64,000 bases of DNA, taken from Oikopleura dioica. Its lineage: Eukaryota; Animalia; Chordata. Where the stretch lies: assembly GCA_907165135.1 (NCBI GenBank), contig OU015567.1, forward strand, positions 310,001 to 374,000, written 5' to 3'. Under the pieces are notes generated by a model, which was given only the letters and a program-made list of their open reading frames with translations, had not been told where the DNA came from and searched no databases. Numbering within the stretch: the first letter of the stretch is position 1; every line of letters begins with the position of its first letter. Of this stretch, positions 61,394-64,000 are shown piece by piece. Made by a program: the position numbers and the translations under genes.

Positions 61394-62562
61394 ATGACTT
61401 GGCTCGACTACAAGAATCTTCTGGAGCACTGGGAAGTGGCGGAAGCAATGTCTACCTTCAGCTACGACGAAGCCGAGACCGACGACGTGATTCAGCATTT
61501 TCTCGACAGGCTCCTCACCAGACCAATACTCAAGGCCTACGCTTACGAAAAAGGAATCACAACGATTCAAGACGTAATCGCGTCTCAAACGAAGAAGACT
61601 CTCACGGCCAAACAGAAAAGGAAGATCAAGACCTGGTGCGAGCACAGAGCTCGAGAATCAGCAGCCGAGGCACTCCAATACCCCAAGGTAAATCAATTCC
61701 GCTCCCCTAGGCGATAACCCTTTCCTTAAGCAAGCGGAAGTCGTCGACGAGCCCGAAGCGATTCAGTTGTGGGAAGAGCTTATGAAAACAAACAAGCCAA
61801 AGCCAAGAGAAGCAGCTATCGCCTTCTTCATTTGCTTCACCACGGGTTCCAGAATGAAGGAGGCCCTCAACCTCAGAATCGAAGATCGCGAAAGCGTCAA
61901 AGAAGACGGAAAAGAATTCTGGCGATTCCACATCCGATCCAGCAAGACGGACCCATTCTGCAAACGCATGGAGACTCTCACCATTCCAATGGAAATGAAG
62001 CACGGCGTCCCGCTAGCTCTCGAGCTCCGAGCACAAGTGAGAGACCGAGAATCAGGTAAAATTCGAATCCGACTTACCCTAAGCTAAATTTTTCGATAGG
62101 ACTCGTCCTCAAGACTCTCGAAGGTCACACCAGAATCGCCTCGGACTACTTAGCCCGCTATGGAGCCAAAGCAGGACTCTCTAAGAAGGTTTATAACTTA
62201 AAATCCTCACGTACCGTAAGAATCCAATTCAGGTTTCCGCACATTCAGGCAGAGTCAGTTTCTACATCGAAGGACGACGCTCTGGCCTCTCTCAACAAAC
62301 GCTCGCGCACACGCTCCGCTGGGCGCCAGGAAGCTCGATGCCGGACTACTACGAAAGATGCTGGCTTGAGTGCAGCAATTTGGGAGCGCCAGTCAGCGTC
62401 GCAAAATCAAGAGCCAGAAAGCGAAACGGAAGCGACAACGAAGACAACTCTCTTCAGGTAAAAACCAGCATGACAAGGGAGACTCCTTCATTTAAAAAGG
62501 TTTCAGATACCCCAAGAACCACAAGAAGCCAATCAAGAGCAAAAGAAACAGAAAACAACTGA
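61394..62562 (+). CDS. Tyrosine recombinase; introns 61688-61730, 62056-62099, 62189-62232 (possibly 62458-62499)
   Basis: The spliced protein holds the full catalytic set: TTGSRMKEAL (R), SSKTD (K), VSAHSGR (HxxR), LRWAPGSSMPDYY (W, Y). Confidence 0.92.
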
Positions 62563-62677
62563 AGCTTAGTCCACAGATGACGCTGTCAACATGAAAAAGA
62601 GTCTTTCCATCCTTTTTTTTCCTGCCAAATTAGAATCCTTAGACATCGATTGACGAGAATAACGAGAATGGTAGGGA

Positions 62678-62988
62678 GGGAATATTCCCATTACCATTGT
62701 TATTTGTGCGTGATTATAATACGAATCTAGGACAAGGGATTAGCAGCCCGCTAGAAATAGAACGCGGCAGGAAGCCTAGTAACCAGAGGCAGGGATTCCC
62801 AGGAGGCAGCGGAAGGTGTCAAAGGCGCCCGAGAGCACCTGGTTTCGAGCGGGTGCCCCGGAATCACGCAGGTTCATTCGAAAGGTTCTTAGCCTACAGC
62901 TAAAACCTAAAACGAGGAATTTTAAATAGAGCCTTTTTCTCAGCAGAAGCATTACCAATAAGACTCCTAGCTGAATCAAAAAGACTCT
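62678..62988 (+). repeat. Internal B1-A2 junction (circle-junction copy)
   Basis: B1 62678-62722 directly abuts A2 62723-62988 (...ttataatac|gaatctagg...). Confidence 0.92.
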
Positions 62989-63113
62989 CCCGCCCACCAT
63001 CCCTGAAATAAGCAGTACATGTAGGGTAAAACGAGCACACGCCCTACATACTGCCCAGTCCATTACCTTAGAAAGGCTCTTTCTCTACCACAGTATTGTA
63101 ATTGCGCGTGCTC

Positions 63114-63158
63114 GGGAATATTCCCATTACCATTGTTATTTGTGCGTGATTATAATAC
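63114..63158 (+). repeat. Terminal repeat B2
   Basis: Identical to B1: gggaatattcccattaccattgttatttgtgcgtgattataatac. Confidence 0.92.
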
Positions 63159-63454
63159 ACATCGGAACTATGAACCATCTGAAGCGGGTAGGTGCATTTC
63201 CACTCAAAAATCTTCTGCGTTCCAAAAGTACCGACTTCCAATCCAGCTGTGCTCGATCGATCGGGGAAGAAGTGAGTCACGTGGTTGGAGAAAACAGCAT
63301 GGGTCGCATTGGTGTTCAGGTTCGTCCCGCAGTTGAGAAAATCCGAAGTGTTTTCATCCCCAAGACACATTTTAAACGTCGTCGCGTCTTCATAAACATG
63401 GAGCTCGTTGCAGAGCTGGCTGAAGTGGAGACCCCACCATTTGTCCTCGTGCCA
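63159..63454 (-). pseudogene. Inverted duplicate of the ZP-N exon segment (43938-44230)
   Basis: 63162-63454 is the reverse complement of 43938-44230 (293 bp, no differences seen). Confidence 0.9.
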
Positions 63455-63988
63455 AAAGTAGTAAGAGATGAGAAAAGAGATAAAAACTCGTGCAGAGAGC
63501 TGTAACTGTAAATCATCCCTCGGCCCGTGTCGCGGCACACCTTTACCAGTGCGCTGGGGAGTTAAACTTATGGAACCCAGCCGCATTGGTCAAGGTGCCA
63601 CCTGACCGGATGGGAAAATGACAGCATGAAAGGAAGCACAAAGCATTAAGGGTGTCCACATCGAATAGAATCAATTTCGATGTTGACACCCTTATTGTTC
63701 ACTTCACATGCTTGGCCTTTTCTCTAACGCCAAAATCGACCTCATGTAATCGAACTGGATACCCTTAACCGGGCTGGACGCTAAAAATCTGTCTTGGTAA
63801 ATCGTTAGCACCAGAAATTGACAACCATCTGAGAAATCTGGTTGTGAACAGACGGTAGCAAACGGCGCTGATGACACCTTCGACTGTAACTCTCCATTTT
63901 ATCATTTGACTGTTCTTCAGTTGATGATTTTTTCTGCAGAAAATGATCAAAAAAGAATCTGAATAAAACCATATCTTTCTTCCAAGAC
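63451..63988 (+). repeat. Direct duplicate of 41895-42432
   Basis: Joined to the inverted ZP segment through a GCCA microhomology (63451-63454). Confidence 0.9.
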
Positions 63989-64000
63989 AGGGATGGAAAT

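Larger units (their letters stand above)
48437..63158 (+). mobile_element. Tyrosine-recombinase retrotransposon, DIRS/PAT-like with split direct repeats, 14,722 bp
   Basis: A1 48437-48702 = A2 62723-62988 (266 bp, 1 mismatch). B1 62678-62722 = B2 63114-63158 (45 bp, identical). Encodes RT-RH-MTase and a YR. No TSD. Confidence 0.93.

Noticed and set aside
48437-63158. Classification as an LTR (Ty3/gypsy, Tor) or Ngaro element
   Set aside because: There are no TG..CA ends, TSD, PBS, protease or DDE integrase. A YR and split repeats are present, and the MT domain argues against Ngaro.
63068-63586. ORF-track protein suggesting the ZP gene continues as ...SDVYYNHAQITMVMGIF...
   Set aside because: VYYNHAQITMV... 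is the reverse complement of terminal repeat B2, which is also present as B1. The true host exon resumes at 48436 as VLYK.
1-64000. CRISPR arrays, rRNA, tRNA or prokaryotic operons
   Set aside because: No regularly spaced repeat-spacer array or recognisable structural RNA was seen, and the intron-containing genes show the DNA is eukaryotic.

Overview
This is gene-dense animal DNA with very short introns (about 40-60 bp), some with non-canonical GA/GG donors. That pattern best fits an appendicularian tunicate such as Oikopleura; the species call is an inference. The left ~48 kb holds host genes: Gfi1-type zinc finger, Cys-rich/kelch-like proteins, a multicopper oxidase, a collagen-C1q protein, an IKBIP/CKAP4-like coiled-coil protein, PTPMT1, a cyclin I/G, KDM3 with an intronless Zic gene nested in one intron, CDO1, BORCS8, a ZP-domain gene and a tandem three-finger-domain protein. 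Several MITE families are scattered among them. The main feature is a 14.7-kb tyrosine-recombinase retrotransposon (48437-63158) with PAT-type split direct repeats (A1...B1-A2...B2). It encodes RT-RNaseH-N6-adenine methyltransferase, a tyrosine recombinase and about five more proteins, and carries at least nine frame-restoring spliceosomal introns, including inside RT, the MTase and the recombinase. By hand count it is about 6-fold enriched in GANTC relative to host DNA, which suggests a self-marking 6mA system (inference). It inserted without a target-site duplication into a ZP exon. That site lies within 3 bp of one breakpoint of an inversion/duplication that splits the ZP gene. Splice models were made by eye and no searches were run.
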